Shown one piece after another: positions 49,046-62,534 of a DNA stretch of 64,000 nucleotides (position 1 is the stretch's first letter; every line of letters begins with the position of its first letter). The translations under genes were made by a program, and so were the position numbers. The notes under the pieces were generated by a model. That model saw only the letters and a program-made list of their open reading frames with translations, had not been told where the DNA came from and ran no database searches. This DNA is from Vicugna vicugna (Eukaryota), in assembly GCA_013265495.1 (NCBI GenBank), contig MU058669.1:1100234-1164233 (forward strand), read 5' to 3'.

Positions 49046-50799
49046 ACCTTTCAGTTCATACTGGGTAACACTGCTGTCTCTTTCTACTCTAATTTCCCTT
49101 TGTAACACTCCCCTTGTGCCAGGCAATGGGGGGGGGTGGCCCTGGGAATTTGAGGGATCTCCTTAAGGGGAGTCTAAGTTGGGTATACGTTTAATTTGGA
49201 TTTAGTAGGATATCATTGTTACATGGCTCATAATCACTTCCATGAATAGTTTTGGGTAGTCTTCCTGGGAAAGGAGTGACTTCCAGGAGTACTTCCCTAA
49301 TCCACTGTACTGGATCATCTGGCATCTCCATAAGAAAATGCCTGGCCGGAAGTTGAATTGTGATATGTCTGACCGTGCTTCATACAGAAGTAACTGGGTC
49401 CTGGAGGAGAAGTCAGATTTGAAATACAAAGAGCCAAGTGCTAGTCTGTGGAAAGTTCTTCCAAATCTTACAGGGCACATTTAAAGAAACTCAGTAAACA
49501 TTTTCCCGTCATAATTTCGAAGTCATTCTAAACATTTATATGAGGTTATCTAAAACAAGTTATGAAATTGAAATAAACAAGAAAAAGGGGCTTATAGATT
49601 TTCTCAATTTTGATTTAAAGTGTAACTGTTTACATAGCATTACCAATAACAGTTTTTGAAGCCAATCATTGTCGTTTGACAAAGTAACCAAAGAACATGC
49701 AGCCAAAAATTTAGGGGAAAAGCATTGCAGCATTTCATCAGGCAATCAATTAATATAACTAGACTATTTTTTCTAGCTTCTGTAGTTTTTATGACACTTG
49801 TTTAAGCTTTGTTTAAATTTGTAAGTTATTACAATTTATTTTCCCACTTGAAAACATTCATTTTACAGTATTAATTTTGTGTTCTTTTTATTAAAGTTAA
49901 TAAAATAAGCGAATAAACTTCAGGCGTCACAAATCCTGGATCTCCCTGTAAGCCTTCCTGCTCTTATTAGGCTTGGAGTACTGTGCTGTGTCTTGCTAAT
50001 TTTCTCCAGCCTTGCCTGCCATGGGGTAAAAAAGTGCTTTATTAAATCCCCTCCAATTGCCCAGTTCTGTGTGCCATCTTTTTCTTCATGGCACCCCACC
50101 CAATACCCTCCTTGTTGTCCTGAGTGACCTGGAACAATGGTTGGGCTCATAGCGAAGAGAAGGAGGGAGTGGACTTTTGTGGGCAAGAGAGTTACAAGAG
50201 CTAAGGAAAGGATGGGGGAATGTGAAGGATGTCGAGGGGGTGCTGGAGCAGAAGTAGGGTTCACAGTAGGGTTTGGCCATGTGCATATTAAAACTGATCA
50301 TTTAAAAATTCCTTGCCCGTAAACCAACACTAGCCAAATTTGACCAACTGTGGATTTTGCCTATACTTAGCATTAATTCTCACCTTGTGTGGCTCTTGAG
50401 ATGATTGCCATTAACAGGTTAGGAAGCTTCTTTCTGCTAAATGGCTGAACACCTCAAGGTTTATTGGGAGAATCAAGGTAGCATTTGTCATTGTGTATGC
50501 TATGTACATATGTACCTTATATGTATATATGTGTGTACACATGCACACATTACCAAGTGGATACATCACCACAGGGATCATTTCACAGAACCTAAGTTAG
50601 ACCTCTCAGTGGGTGACAGAAGTTACTGTTTCCCCAGTTGATGGCTGATAATTTCTAAACTTTGTAAAGGGCTAAATGGGATTGCCAAATATGGATACCC
50701 AAACTTTAGACAAGACTCCTTAAGGTAAAAATGTCCTGATGTTGAGATTTACCACCCCCTCATTCTGTTTCTTTTTTTTTTTTTTTTGTAACTTAAAAA

Positions 50800-51480
50800 A
50801 TTAACTCATGTTCAGTTGAGATAACCTGAAAAATGCAGCAAAAGAGAAATTAAATATATAAATATATTTATATATTATAACATACAATATATATAATTGC
50901 CTATCAACATTTTACTTGTGCTCTTTAATTTTTTTCTTGCACACATCTGTATTTTAGTTGCCTTTGACCTGCAAATGCTGTCATCACTTCCTTTTTTATT
51001 TAGCAATGTAGAATGGTTTTACCATGATCTCAAGTATTCTTCTGTATCTCGATTTTAACAATTTTTGTTGTTTTGCTTGCTAAGAAACAAAACAAACAAT
51101 AAACCAACAAAACAACCACGCCATCCAGAACTGTCATCATCATAATTATTAATGATAGTCCCTATTAACATTTTGATGCAGCATGATTTTTTTCTATATT
51201 TTTTTAATGGAAGTGCCGGGGATTGAACATGCTACAGATGTGCTCCACCACTGACCTATACCCACTCCTGATGCAATGTAATTTTTAGTGGCTGTATTAT
51301 ATTTCATTATATGGGTATACTGTAATTTAGTGAAAGAATCCCACACATTAGATATTAGGTTGTTTTCAATTTTTTGCTGTTGTAGATGAACTTGAGACAA
51401 ACATCCTTGTTCATCCACTTTTGCATATACATCTCTGATTATCCTCTGAGGATGAATTCCACTTTGAATCCCTGGCATGT
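50800..51480 (-). mobile_element. Old L1 (L1ME-like) 3' fragment with a nested SINE
   Basis: 'tggctgtattatatttcatt...ttaggttgttttcaattttttgct...acaaacatccttgt'. Confidence 0.6.
51195..51269 (-). mobile_element. Short camelid tRNA-derived SINE (Vic-1 type, internally deleted)
   Basis: 'aatggaagtgccggggattgaac...ccaccactgacctatacc'; flanked by tgatgca..ttttt repeats. Confidence 0.75.
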
Positions 51481-53074
51481 TTTAATGCTAAAGAAGTCTA
51501 AAATGATAAAATGGCTCTTAGTTAGCCAGGTGTCCAGGGGCTTTGCAACCTTCCTCAAAGCATAGGCTCCTGAGGGCAGCTGTATTATCTGTTGATCTGC
51601 TGGGAGAACACTGGACCCAAAAGCCAGTGATTCACGAAGCATGATATTATGTCTTAAAGTCTAATTACGTCTAATTGTTATCAAACACGTAGCTGGCATT
51701 CCAAAGTGTTTTCCTTAGTGTATTCAAAATGTGTAGTCAAAGAAAATCTCATTTTCCTGTAAAATCTCTCAATTTTTTTTCACTGTCCAATTCTTACTTT
51801 CAGCATCTAGTTCAGTGCTTCACAGTAGTTTGGGGACAGTCATAGAGCACTTAGAGGAGAGCATGTCTCCTCAAATCACAGGGCACCTAAGGACCCTGGC
51901 TCCAAAACAAACACAGATGTATTTATTGCCTCCCAGCACAGAGATCCTCAAGGATCATGTTTCTCTTTAGTTCTGCACTAATATCAAGTGAACTCTATCC
52001 TTCTTGAGTGTGGGAAGTCCAGATCCCTCCCTATGCATTTCTGGGTCTCTTCAGGGAATTTTCACACTTGCTCTGATTCTGCTCATCAACTCCTGCTCTG
52101 GACTTCTCCATCAGTCCCCTCTTGCATCTTAAAAACAGTCCTTCATACCGTGCTACTGTCATTTACTTTGACCCAAGCAAGAATGTCAGCCCCTCTCTTG
52201 GTTAGCAAAACTTAGTGTCAGATTGTAGAATTGGTAGCACTTTATGAAAAGCTGGGGGTTACAGAGAACAAAGATAGAGGTGACATAAAATTGAATATTG
52301 GGACTAACAGCTAATTACTGTGACACCCACCCCCAAACATTTCCCAGTGATCATGTCTGTGCTGTGAGCTTGGCCTGTGGCCATGTTGCAGGTGCCAGTT
52401 GGTCCCCATGGATTGGAGACCCCAGTTCAGTCTTTTCCACTCTGATCTAGATTTAAATGTCCCTCCCTGTAATTGGATTTGAAGAATGAACTGAGTAAAA
52501 ATGTAATAAGCTTTGCAGAGAGGCAACTGTGCCCCCCATGAATGACAACTTTCTTATATTTATACACAAAATCCTTGGCCTGAAACATTTGGAAGATGTC
52601 GCTGTTTCAGGGTTTTCTGAGAACAGCGGGTAGATGCTTGCCTGAAATATCTCTAACTAAATGACTCATCAAAGTGGTCTATCAAAACAAAGGGCAGACC
52701 TGCATGAAGAACACATTCTAGCCTCACTCTAGAATGCAGAGCAGATTTTTGACATCCTTCTCCATTCCATCATTTTTTATAAGTTCAGTGATAATTTTAG
52801 TAACTCATCTCCTATAGCTAAAATAAATTGCTGGCAGATTTAAATACCAGTTTTTCTTTCTCACACAACCAGACCGTTGCGCTGATTATTTTTAAGTTGT
52901 TTTAGACCCTCTCTGACATTGCCTAGCTCTGCCGTAGGTTCAATTTATAGACACTTGCTTCATCTCAAGCCTTTTTGATTTTTTTCACTCACTTGTACTG
53001 ATACCCATTTCTCCTCAAAAGTATCCATATCACAAATGATTACTTTCTAGATTAATGGTCTGTATGTCACAAAC

Positions 53075-53625
53075 ATTGATCTAGATTTTTTAGCATATTT
53101 GATTTATAGTATTGTGTTACTTTCAGATGTACAGCAAAGTATTTCAGTTTTATATATGTATGTATCTTTCTTTTTTGTCAAGTCTTTTCCATTGTAACTT
53201 ATTATGAGATACTGGATATAGTTCCCTGTGCTCTACAGTAGGTCCTTGTTATGTATCTATTTTATATATAGTAGTCTGCATCTGTTAAATCCTGAACTCC
53301 TAATCTATTTATCTCCCCTTTCCCCTTTGGTAACTATAAATTTGTTTTCTATGTCTGTGAGTCTGTTTATATTTTGTAAATAAGTTCATCTGTACAATTT
53401 TTTAGATTCCACAAAAAAGTGATATATAATATTTGTCTCTCTGTAAGTTATTTCACTTAGTATGATAATCTCGAGGTCCATCCATGTTGCTGCAAAAGAC
53501 ATTTTTTATGGCTGAGTAATATTCTATTATAGCTAGCTAGCTAGCTAGCTAGCTAGCTAGCTCAATCTCACAACTTCTTTATACATTCTTCTGTTTATGG
53601 ACACTTAGGTTGCTTCCACTGATTG
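53075..53625 (-). mobile_element. Cetartiodactyl-type L1 3' end
   Basis: 'tatagttccctgtgctctacagtaggtccttgtt...aggtccatccatgttgctgcaaa...ggacacttaggttgcttcca'. Confidence 0.9.
53531..53562. repeat. Perfect (AGCT)8 self-complementary microsatellite
   Basis: Direct reading, 32 bp. Confidence 0.95.
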
Positions 53626-54366
53626 AGATTTTTGAATGCAAACTGTTTGAAGGCAGAACCCTTGTTTTTACTTTTATTTTTGACAGTGTCTAACAGGTAA
53701 TTCAATAAATATTGTACTGTTTTCTTCAACAATGCTATTATTTTCAGATTGCTCCATTGATTTAATAAAAGCTCTTCAGAAAACAGACAAAAACCCCACT
53801 GCATTAAAGGAACGTGTTGATTGTACATTTAACTCATCCGAATTTTAGAAGCATTAATATGAGGATAAAGGAATAAAGTTCATCCTATACAGAGGCAATA
53901 TGGCCTCTCACAGCTTTGAGGACCTCAGAGGTCAGCCACTCCAGCGTTTTACCAAATGCCGGACTCTTTCCAGATCAGGTGTGCTTAATTCAGGGTTAAT
54001 AAGTGGAATGCAGGTAACACATGGATTCTCTGAAATTATAAACAACAATGTGTCTGTGTGTATTGTGTACAGATTTTTCTTAGGAAGGGATGAACGTATT
54101 TTATTAGCCTCTTAAAGCAACTACTGACCTTGACATTCTTAAGAACAACTAATCTAGAATATTCCTTGTGGGTGATCATCCAGTCCAAGTTTGAGTATCT
54201 CCAGAGAGAGTTCATTCAGTCATTCAGCTCTTCTAACTGTTAAAATGCCTTGGCTAAACTTGACCTAAAATTTTCTGCCAGTGTTCCTTGTTCCAGAATA
54301 TAAATGCTTGTTGGATGTTGTATTATAAATAATATGATGATAGACACTGAATAGTAGCTTAATTGA

Positions 54367-54647
54367 AACAGAAATAGACTCATAGACATAGAATACAAAC
54401 TTGTGGTTGCCAAGGGGGTGGGGAATGGGAAGGGACAGACTGGGATTTTGAAATGCAGAATAGATAAACAAGATTATACTGTACAGCACAGGGAAAAATA
54501 TACAAGATCTTGTGGTAGCTCATAGTGGAAAAAAATGTCACAATGAATGTATATATTTTTGTGTATAACTGAAAAATTGTGCTCTACACTAGAATTTACA
54601 GCATTGTAAAATGACTATCACTCAGTAGTATAAAATGACTATCACTC
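54367..54647 (+). mobile_element. Lineage-specific L1 3' end without poly(A), with a 14-bp TSD
   Basis: 'acagaaatagactcatagacatagaatacaaacttgtggttgccaagggg...'; TSD agtagcttaattga at 54353-54366 and 54648-54661. Confidence 0.85.
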
Positions 54648-56065
54648 AGTAGCTTAATTGATAACACATTGGCTTACTGATATTAGAAAGACCTATGTGA
54701 AAACCATGAAGTCTGATTTTTTTTCCTTTTCAAACCAATTGAGTTTTTATTGTTCTTTTTTGGTATAATTTAGAATGTGAGCTATTTAAGAAACAAGCTA
54801 ATTAGTTGATAGGCTGTCATATAATTAGTGCTTAGTATGTAATGTGAACTGAATGGGTTAATTAAGTAAAAATGACTGAGTGAAAGGAAGGATAGCTGAC
54901 ATGAATTTGTGAATGAATTCGTGTGTAGATAAACATGGTGAGTACATTAAAATGTGTGGGTCTAAGATTCTAGGTTTCATATATTTAAATTATTGAGATT
55001 CTCTGCTGGGCCATACCAGTATTATTTATCATCACAGTTTCAGTGTGAGAAGTCCACTGCTGAAGATAGATTCTTTCAATCTTCCATCCTCCCATCTATC
55101 CATTCATCCACCCAACAAACGTTTACCAACTACCCTGCATATCTTCAATGAAGGAAATACGGTTCGGTGACATACCATGTTTCCTGGGACACTGGGAAAC
55201 AGCAGTGGACAAGAGAAGCTCAGGCCACTAAATGATAACTGTTGCCAGAGCTCCTGGGTACATGGGACTTTCCATGCAGAACACACACTGGTGGTGACAC
55301 TTGCTCAACGGTCTCAGCTTATTGACAGGAAAAACAGACCTGGAAAAAGGCAGAAGAGTAGATTCCATAGATTCATAGTCCCTGATATATAAGACAGAGA
55401 AAATAGGATGAGGCATACGTGATTAAGAAGGTCTTAGTTTAAGGAAAATGTGCAGTTGATACCATAAACATATGATCCTTGGAAACCTGTAAGAAATGGA
55501 CATAACCCCTGGAAAGTAAACCTTAAACATTCACTTACATACCTACCTGCACACATACTTTCCATATAACTAATCTTTCCTTGTGGACAAGAGCTCAGGA
55601 GGCAGCATGTGGTGGAGAAGCATCAGGAAGAATCAGAAGGTCTGGGAACCAGTCTTAGCTCTGCTGATGCTGTGCTGTGTGTGTTTTGAGCAGGTGGCTG
55701 TCTCTCTCTGTTTCAAGTGACTCATCTGTGAGCTGAGAGGGCCAGATGCAAAGGTCTCTTCCTCTGGATTACTCAGTGTCTCGGTGTCAAGACACTTTGT
55801 GACACAACAACCTATAAGCACTACAGCTTTCTGGGAAAGGTTTTTGTTGTTGCTCTTTGTGTGTGTGTTGGTTGGAATCACCGCCTAACACTGGGAGATG
55901 CTGGGTGTGAACTCTGCAAGGTGGTCTTGTCCTTTGGCAAACCTTGGAATTTTTACTCCAGCTATATTGTAACCACTTTCAGAATTCACTGGATCAGAAT
56001 TCACATCAAATGAAATAGTGCATTACTAAACTTTGCATTTCTCCCATATATTTGATAGAAGCTCT

Positions 56066-56133
56066 TCCTTCCTTCCTTCCTTCCTTCCTTCCATCCTTCC
56101 TCCCTCCCATCCATCCATCCATCCATCCATCCA
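56066..56133 (+). repeat. Compound microsatellite (CTTC)n(CATC)n
   Basis: Direct reading. Confidence 0.95.
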
Positions 56134-56779
56134 TATAAAGCACCCCGGTTGGCTACACATCTTCTGGAAAGAAAGGGGGAAAAGCTCAGGAATCCATTAT
56201 GGATTTTTGGAAGCGTCATGGAGACCCCATAATGTATTAATTGGCACTGATAGAACTGTATTTTGCTGGAGCCATTAATTGATACTGTTATATTAAAAGG
56301 TGAGTGCAGAGAGCACAGCCGTTCAAAGGAGAAAAGTGCCAGATAGTGATGAGTATTTAAAAAAACCCTTAGGGTTTGGGGTTATGGGCCAGATGGGAGG
56401 TGGAGTAGACAGAGGAAAGGTCACAAGGACCCTGGGTCCTTTCACCACTCCAGATCCACCAGGAACAAAGAGAAGGAGTGGACAGAAGAGAAGGGATGAA
56501 GCCCTGACATCTACTGAGCATGCTAAATTTGTCGAGTATCCTAGTGGAAATTCCTCATGAGCATCCATAGATGAGGTCAGCTTCATCCATTTATTCTTTC
56601 AACAAGTATTTTTTCAGCCACTGTGCTGAGTGCTGGGTGTTCAGTCCTGAGCAAAATAGCCGTGACTCTCCTGGAGTTTGGTAATGGAGCTTATGACTTT
56701 CCTTTTTATTATTTTTTAAAACTTTTCCATGAAATAGGTAAGATAGGGATCTGCCAAGCTGGGCCTAAGGCAACGGTTT

Positions 56780-57035
56780 TGGTGCAATGAGTACAGTTGG
56801 GATTTCGTCCTAAGAAGCCCAGTGAGGGGATGGCTGAGTAGGATAAGGAAGGGAGGTAAACTTAAAAGGGGCTTATCAATGAATGGGTCACCAGTGTGGC
56901 CAGGGGCTCGGTCAGACCTTTGGGGGACCCTCTGAGAGACTCTGTAGAGAACACATCTCAGAATTGACCTACTCAGAGTACAAAGAAGCTGAGGTGTTCA
57001 TCCACCAACTCCCACCCCTCCCTGGTTGAGGCTGC
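56780..57035 (-). mobile_element. ERVL-class LTR (LTR40/41-like) fragment
   Basis: 'gaacacatctcagaattgacc...gaagctgaggtgttcatccaccaactccca...tggttgagg'. Confidence 0.5.
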
Positions 57036-57248
57036 ACCAGTCACTAACTCCCAGCAGTCCCATGGGGCTGAGCCCTCAGCCTGTGGGGTCTGATGCTCTC
57101 TCTGGGTAGACTGAGTCAGAACTGGGTTAAACTGTAGAACCCCCAGCTGGTGTTGGACACATGCTTGTTGTTGTGGGGAAAACTGTCCCCACATTTGGTG
57201 AGCAGAAATGTCAGAAGTGTTTTGTGTGAGCAGTGAACAGATATACAC

Positions 57249-57285
<37 letters not shown>

Positions 57286-57350
57286 ACACACACAAGATAG
57301 ACTGAAGTAAAGTTTTGTTTAATAGCAGGTGGAAAACTGAGTTTTTCTGG
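57036..57350 (+). mobile_element. MER21-like LTR 3' fragment containing a (CA)n tract (57249-57293)
   Basis: 'gggctgagccctcagcctgtggggtctgatgct...gtcagaactgggttaaactgtagaacccccagctggtgt...cacatttggtg'. Confidence 0.7.
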
Positions 57351-58890
57351 TGAACCTGGGCTCTGAGCCTTTGGTTGGCGTGGAATGAGGCCAAGAGAAG
57401 AGAATGAGTGAAGGTTTGTAAAGCCCGATTGAAAGTACATGATGTTGTAAACAGCTTAGTGCCATGGAGATTCACCAAGAGTCAAGGGGTCAGGTCTGGT
57501 GTTAACTTGCTTGTCAAGCGACTTCGTTCCAGAAGCTGGACTCTGTTTCCTCATTTTTAAAAGAGAAATATCATCTATCTCATAGGGTTGCTGTTAAGAT
57601 TGTCATGATGGTTAGATGAAATGTTATGTGTGTCTTAGGCTGGACAGTAGGACCTGAGTTTATTTGTAACACATACTTAAGAGTTAACACTTTATTGGGG
57701 GCTGGATTAAAAACTCAGAACAGTCTGAGAGATGGAGAAGAATGAGCAGTGTATCTCTGGCTCCCCTGTGGTCCCCTGTGTCTCTTGTAAAAGGTTGCCC
57801 CTTATTATGTTAACTCCCCCATACTTCAGTGTTCCATCCCCTGCCCCTCCTGGCAGCTACTGGAGGAGAACATTTGGGCTGGGGAGTAGAACCTGGCACA
57901 TAAGTCCTGTGGCTCTCACCCCTAAAGAGACTGTAAGAGTGGAGGCCGTGGTGGATGTGGCCAGGGTTTTATGACCGTGAGAGGGATACAGGCTGTGGGT
58001 GCTCCTTGGACAGAGCCTAGAGCTGAGCATGGGGGGGCAGAGAAGTTATGAGGAGATGCACCAGCCTGGTCAGGCAGAGTATTGCAAAATACCTTTATAT
58101 ATGTAAAGAATAAGGCAAATTATCATTATAAATAATTTCAAATCTCCAGATTTCAGTTTTGGTGCTTAATTTTTATATCTTTCTTTCTTTCTTATGTTGT
58201 GACTTTGTCCCAGACAAGTATGTTCTTCCTACGTGTTGTTACAAAATAAATTTTAAAATATTTAGTGAACAAATGTATGAAGAATATTGCCTAATTTTAT
58301 AGGTATCTGTCTTTGTAAGGGCCATAAGGTAGCTCTTTCCCTCTCAATAAAAATAGATGACCCTTTATTGTGAACTTACCCATGTCCTGGGCCACACACC
58401 TCACTCAGCGCACACTCATCCCCATTGTTACCCCAATTCTACAGATGAGGAAACTGAAGCTTAAAAGTTAAAGATATTGCTCAAAGTCACACTAGTAAGT
58501 TCCTGAGTTCCAAGAAACTTGATAGTTTTGTGACTTCTGTTTTGTCCTCAATTGCTGTGTTTCCATTTGCATTTTAGGGTTCCAGATTGAGTTTGTGTGA
58601 CGGAGGTAGCAGGAAGTATTGCTGGGCCTTATCTTTTGCTACTGTGATCCTGACAATGGAGACAGTCCTAAATGCTGTGTCCCCAAAACTTGATCACACA
58701 CATTTCTGTTAGAATTTTGCTCTCAGATCGATACCAGGATGTTAGATTTCGCAAGGACAGCATCTGTGCCTACTTAGCCTTTGCACCCCTCAAGCCCAGA
58801 AGACCACTGGCAGATATTAAGCCATTAATAGAAAAGAACAGATGAGGGCTGGAGGTGTAAGGCACTGAACATCAGACGTGCTCTCTAAGG

Positions 58891-59136
58891 CAGAGGCTGG
58901 CAAATCGTGGTGCGCTGGCAAATCGTGGTGCACTGGCCAAATCTAGCCTGCTGCCTGCTTATGTAAATAAAGATTTATTGAAACACAGTTTTGCCCATTT
59001 GTTTATATAATGTCTACAACTGCTTTTGAATTTGTGCTGCAACAGCAGAGATGAGAAGTTGTAACACAGACCATATATCTCAAAACCAGAAATATTTCCT
59101 ATCTGGCCTTTTGTAGGAAAAGGTCGCCCACTCATG
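58891..59136 (-). mobile_element. MER58A hAT-Charlie MITE with an 18-bp internal tandem duplication
   Basis: 'ggccaaatctagcctgctgcctg...aaataaagatttattgaaacacag'; TSD ctctaagg/ctctaaga; gctggcaaatcgtggtgc x2 at 58896-58931. Confidence 0.9.
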
Positions 59137-59289
59137 CTCTAAGATTTGCTTGAAGTAGACTTAGAGCTGCAGTAAAGTTTAGATGAAAAAAAAAAAAAAG
59201 AAGTGGGTCATTAAAGTGCCTTCTCCCCCTCGCCTCTTCTCTCTAATGAAAATAAAGTATAGTTATCATAATGTCATATTAAATGTATA

Positions 59290-59740
59290 AAAATGGAACA
59301 GAGTTAAATGTCTAACAGTTGAGAGGTGATTAAATGTGTTGTAGAATGCTGTGCCATCGTTAAAAATCCTGCCATCAAAGTATTGTTTATGAACAATAGA
59401 AAAAAGATTACAGTATAATAAAAGTAAAAAAATCAAAATACTAAATGCCATTTAATTCTACTTTTGTCCCAAAATATATACACATTTATAAAATAAAGTT
59501 TAGAGGGAAACACTTGAATATTACAAGTGTTCAGGTGAGAGAATTGTGGCTCATTTTGATTTTCTGTTTCATGCTTATGTGCATTTTCTATTCTTTTCCA
59601 CAGTGTTCAGGCGTGTTTCCTCTATGAAAGTTTAATTTTGAAAATGTTAAAAAAAATGTAGAATCCCTGATAATGTAACAATATAAAAATAGTCCAGAAA
59701 ATTGTCTCTGTGAAGAGGGTGGTTAGTTATGGGCGCCTCC
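59290..59740 (+). mobile_element. Old L1 (L1ME-like) 3' fragment
   Basis: 'taaatgtctaacag...tagaatgctgtgccatcgttaaaaat...'. Confidence 0.55.
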
Positions 59741-60649
59741 AGCTTCTTTCCTGTAAATGTCCCTTTTCTCTGCGGGCTTCTTGTCCGTTAAGATTATTGT
59801 GACCTCTACTCCATCAGGCTCCAGGGAGCCCCATTTCCCCTTAAAAACTGCAAATGCATGAATAGAAACAACTCTTCCTGCTTTCCTTTGCTCGGCTGAG
59901 ACGGGCTGACATTTTCAAAAAGAACTTTAATACTCGGAGAACAAAAAGGCAATAATTACAGAAAATACAAAAGGCATAACAGTTGTAATGTTCAAAATGT
60001 GAGCTTCTAGTTGTCTAAAGGGCTGTCTCCTCGTCGAATCAGAAGCAGAAGTGGCGCCCTGCTGGAGCCTTGCCTAGTTCCCCTCAAGCAGGCACTGCTG
60101 TGTTTCCACCACCTGAAACCAGTCTTGGGGCAAAGAGTCTGCGTAGCAGTCAAGGATAGAGCATCAGTTGCTGAAACTCTCATCTGGGGCTTTCTCCGGG
60201 AGAGGTCACGGTGCATCCAGAGATGACTGACGAGGTGAGAGATGGCACCCTTTGTCAGTTGAGTTGGGGAGCACCTCACATTTTAAACATATGCATACAC
60301 ATCTCCACATACACACACACAGACACACATGCAGACACACACACTGCACCTCTACAGAACGTAACTCATTTCCACTTTAGGATCTTTTGTCCTTCTCATG
60401 CCAAGGGAAGTGGCCAAGTCAAAATCCATCCATTACAGTTCAGAGTATGACAGTTCATGACACGCCCATATGTCAGAAACAGCCCCGTATGTTGTGACAG
60501 AACATTTTCAGTGCTCCCCGTCCTAATGCACAAGCTAGAAATATGGGAGGAGGTATCAGAACCCAAAGTTTCTCACCTTTGCCCTTGCCTGTGCTTTTTT
60601 AAAAAAAAACTCTTGTATATTTCTTTTCTTTCAGTTGTTTCTTTTTAAA

Positions 60650-60798
60650 TATTTATTATGTTTATTATATTATGTGATTATTTTGTTTGGGATGGGAGGT
60701 AATTAGATTTATTTGTTTTTAGGGGAGATACTGGGGATTGAACCCAGGACCCTCCTATGTGCTAACCTGCTCACTACCACTTGAGCTATACCCTCCCC
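60650..60798 (-). mobile_element. Camelid tRNA-derived SINE (Vic-1 type)
   Basis: 'gggaggtaattagatttattt...tactggggattgaacccaggacc...taccacttgagctataccctcccc'. Confidence 0.9.
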
Positions 60799-61119
60799 AC
60801 TTGCTCATGAATCCTGTGATATCCCTTCCCCATCCTCTTGCCTCTGAGAAGCCTTCTCTGTAGACCCTAAGAATAAATGATTCCTCTCTCCACTGAAATA
60901 ATGAAGTCTTGCTTACATCTCCCTTGTAGCTTGTACCATAAAACTGATCTGTACTGAAACTAATAGCATCCCTCTCTTTTGTTTCTGTAAGCAGCTCAGG
61001 GCAACAACTATTTTTTTTAATTGCTGTATCCCCTTATACAGGGTTTGAAAGTGTCTTACATGTGACAGACGCCCCATAAATAGTTACTGAATAATTGAAT
61101 AAGTGCATTTTACTAATTA

Positions 61120-61375
61120 TGGAGAAAGTCTAAAGAGATACAGCTAGGATTAATGTGTTGAAGTTCCCAGGAGATCAATTTAAACTCAGTGTAAAAAAGA
61201 ACTTTCTCGGAGTCCACACTGTATAACGTTGTGACGGATTGTTCTGGAAAATACCACTGGGTGTATTCTAGTCAAGATGAAAGTCTCCTTTTGAGGAATA
61301 TCATTATGGAGGTTCATACTAGAGATGAAAGATTAAACTAAATATGCGCTAAAGTTTTTTCCAGCTTTATCCTCC
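61120..61375 (+). mobile_element. L3/CR1 3' end fragment
   Basis: 'gaagttcccaggagatcaatttaaactcagtgtaaaaaagaactttct...'. Confidence 0.55.
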
Positions 61376-62534
61376 CAATGACTCTAAATACAAATGCAGG
61401 CAAGAAGTCTCGCTGGAATAAGTTTTATCATTTGTTCAGGCTGTCAGCAAGCTAGGCTGCGTCTGCATTGTGCATATCCATCATTACCAATTTCTCTTTT
61501 TTCTACCTCGTCCTTTCTCAGCTCTAGCTGTTAAACTCTATTAAGTGACATCATAACAGCTAAAAAGCAGTAGCATCCACTGAAGTAACTGACACTTCTT
61601 GGAAATCCATGAAATGAATGTATTTTGTTTGAGGATAATTTGGCTCTGAGTTAAAATATTTGCTGGGTTTCTCCCCCTATCCTCCCCTAAAAATGCTAGT
61701 TTCCTGAAACTGGGGCTTCATTTCTGAGAATTACCTTGTTCTGCTGCCTGGTCTACCTGCGGTGCTGAAATGCTATTTGCAGCAACCAAATGACTTTCTC
61801 GGAATCCAATTTATACAGTGACAGATGGGGGATTCCAAAAGGGAAAGCTTCCATTCATATCCAGCAAATCATCTTTATGGGAAGAAAGTTAGAAGTAAAT
61901 CTGGTGACATACACAGAAATTTAAGTTCTGGATTCCGTCATCTTCCATGTTTTAATTATTTTTCTGTAAAGTAGCTGGACTCAGAATAAGTTTGTGCCTC
62001 ACTATTTTCAGACATTCAAATTAACCGTTAGTGAGTGATGATGAATTTACTAAGCAATATTATAAAACTGATTTTTCATTTTCTTCCTATCTTTGAAAGT
62101 TTGTACCATTCATATCACAGGCACTACTTGATAAAGACATAATTTCAAGAAATTAAATATCCAATTTCTGATTTTTCCTGTTTCCCTCTTTTTGAAAAAT
62201 CCACATTTACAGAATTATTTTGCTTCCAAACTATTGCATATGAAATTTTTAATATAAATGACCCATTGCTAGGCCAATTTCCTTGTCTGTTAACTTAGCT
62301 ACTTTTGAGTTTTCCTGTTTCTTAAAACCCAGAATGTTGTTGTGGCTGTCATTTGATACGCTCAGAAGAAAAATCACAAGATTAAAAATGCCCTGAGCAG
62401 AGTAAAACATGGTATACTAGAATTCCACGGGGACCTGACTCCTGGGAACCCCTACAAGGCTGCTGGGCTATGGGAACTGAGGCCCTAAGATGATAAGTGA
62501 CTTGCAAAAAATCACACAGAAAATTGCTGACAAA

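Noticed and set aside
56973..57478. Longest ORFs in the track (155 and 120 aa)
   Set aside because: They run through LTR fragments and a (CA)n repeat (CVCVCV); spurious.
58579..58606. Acceptor ttgcattttag followed by gag|gtagca
   Set aside because: 28 nt, weak donor, no recognisable peptide.
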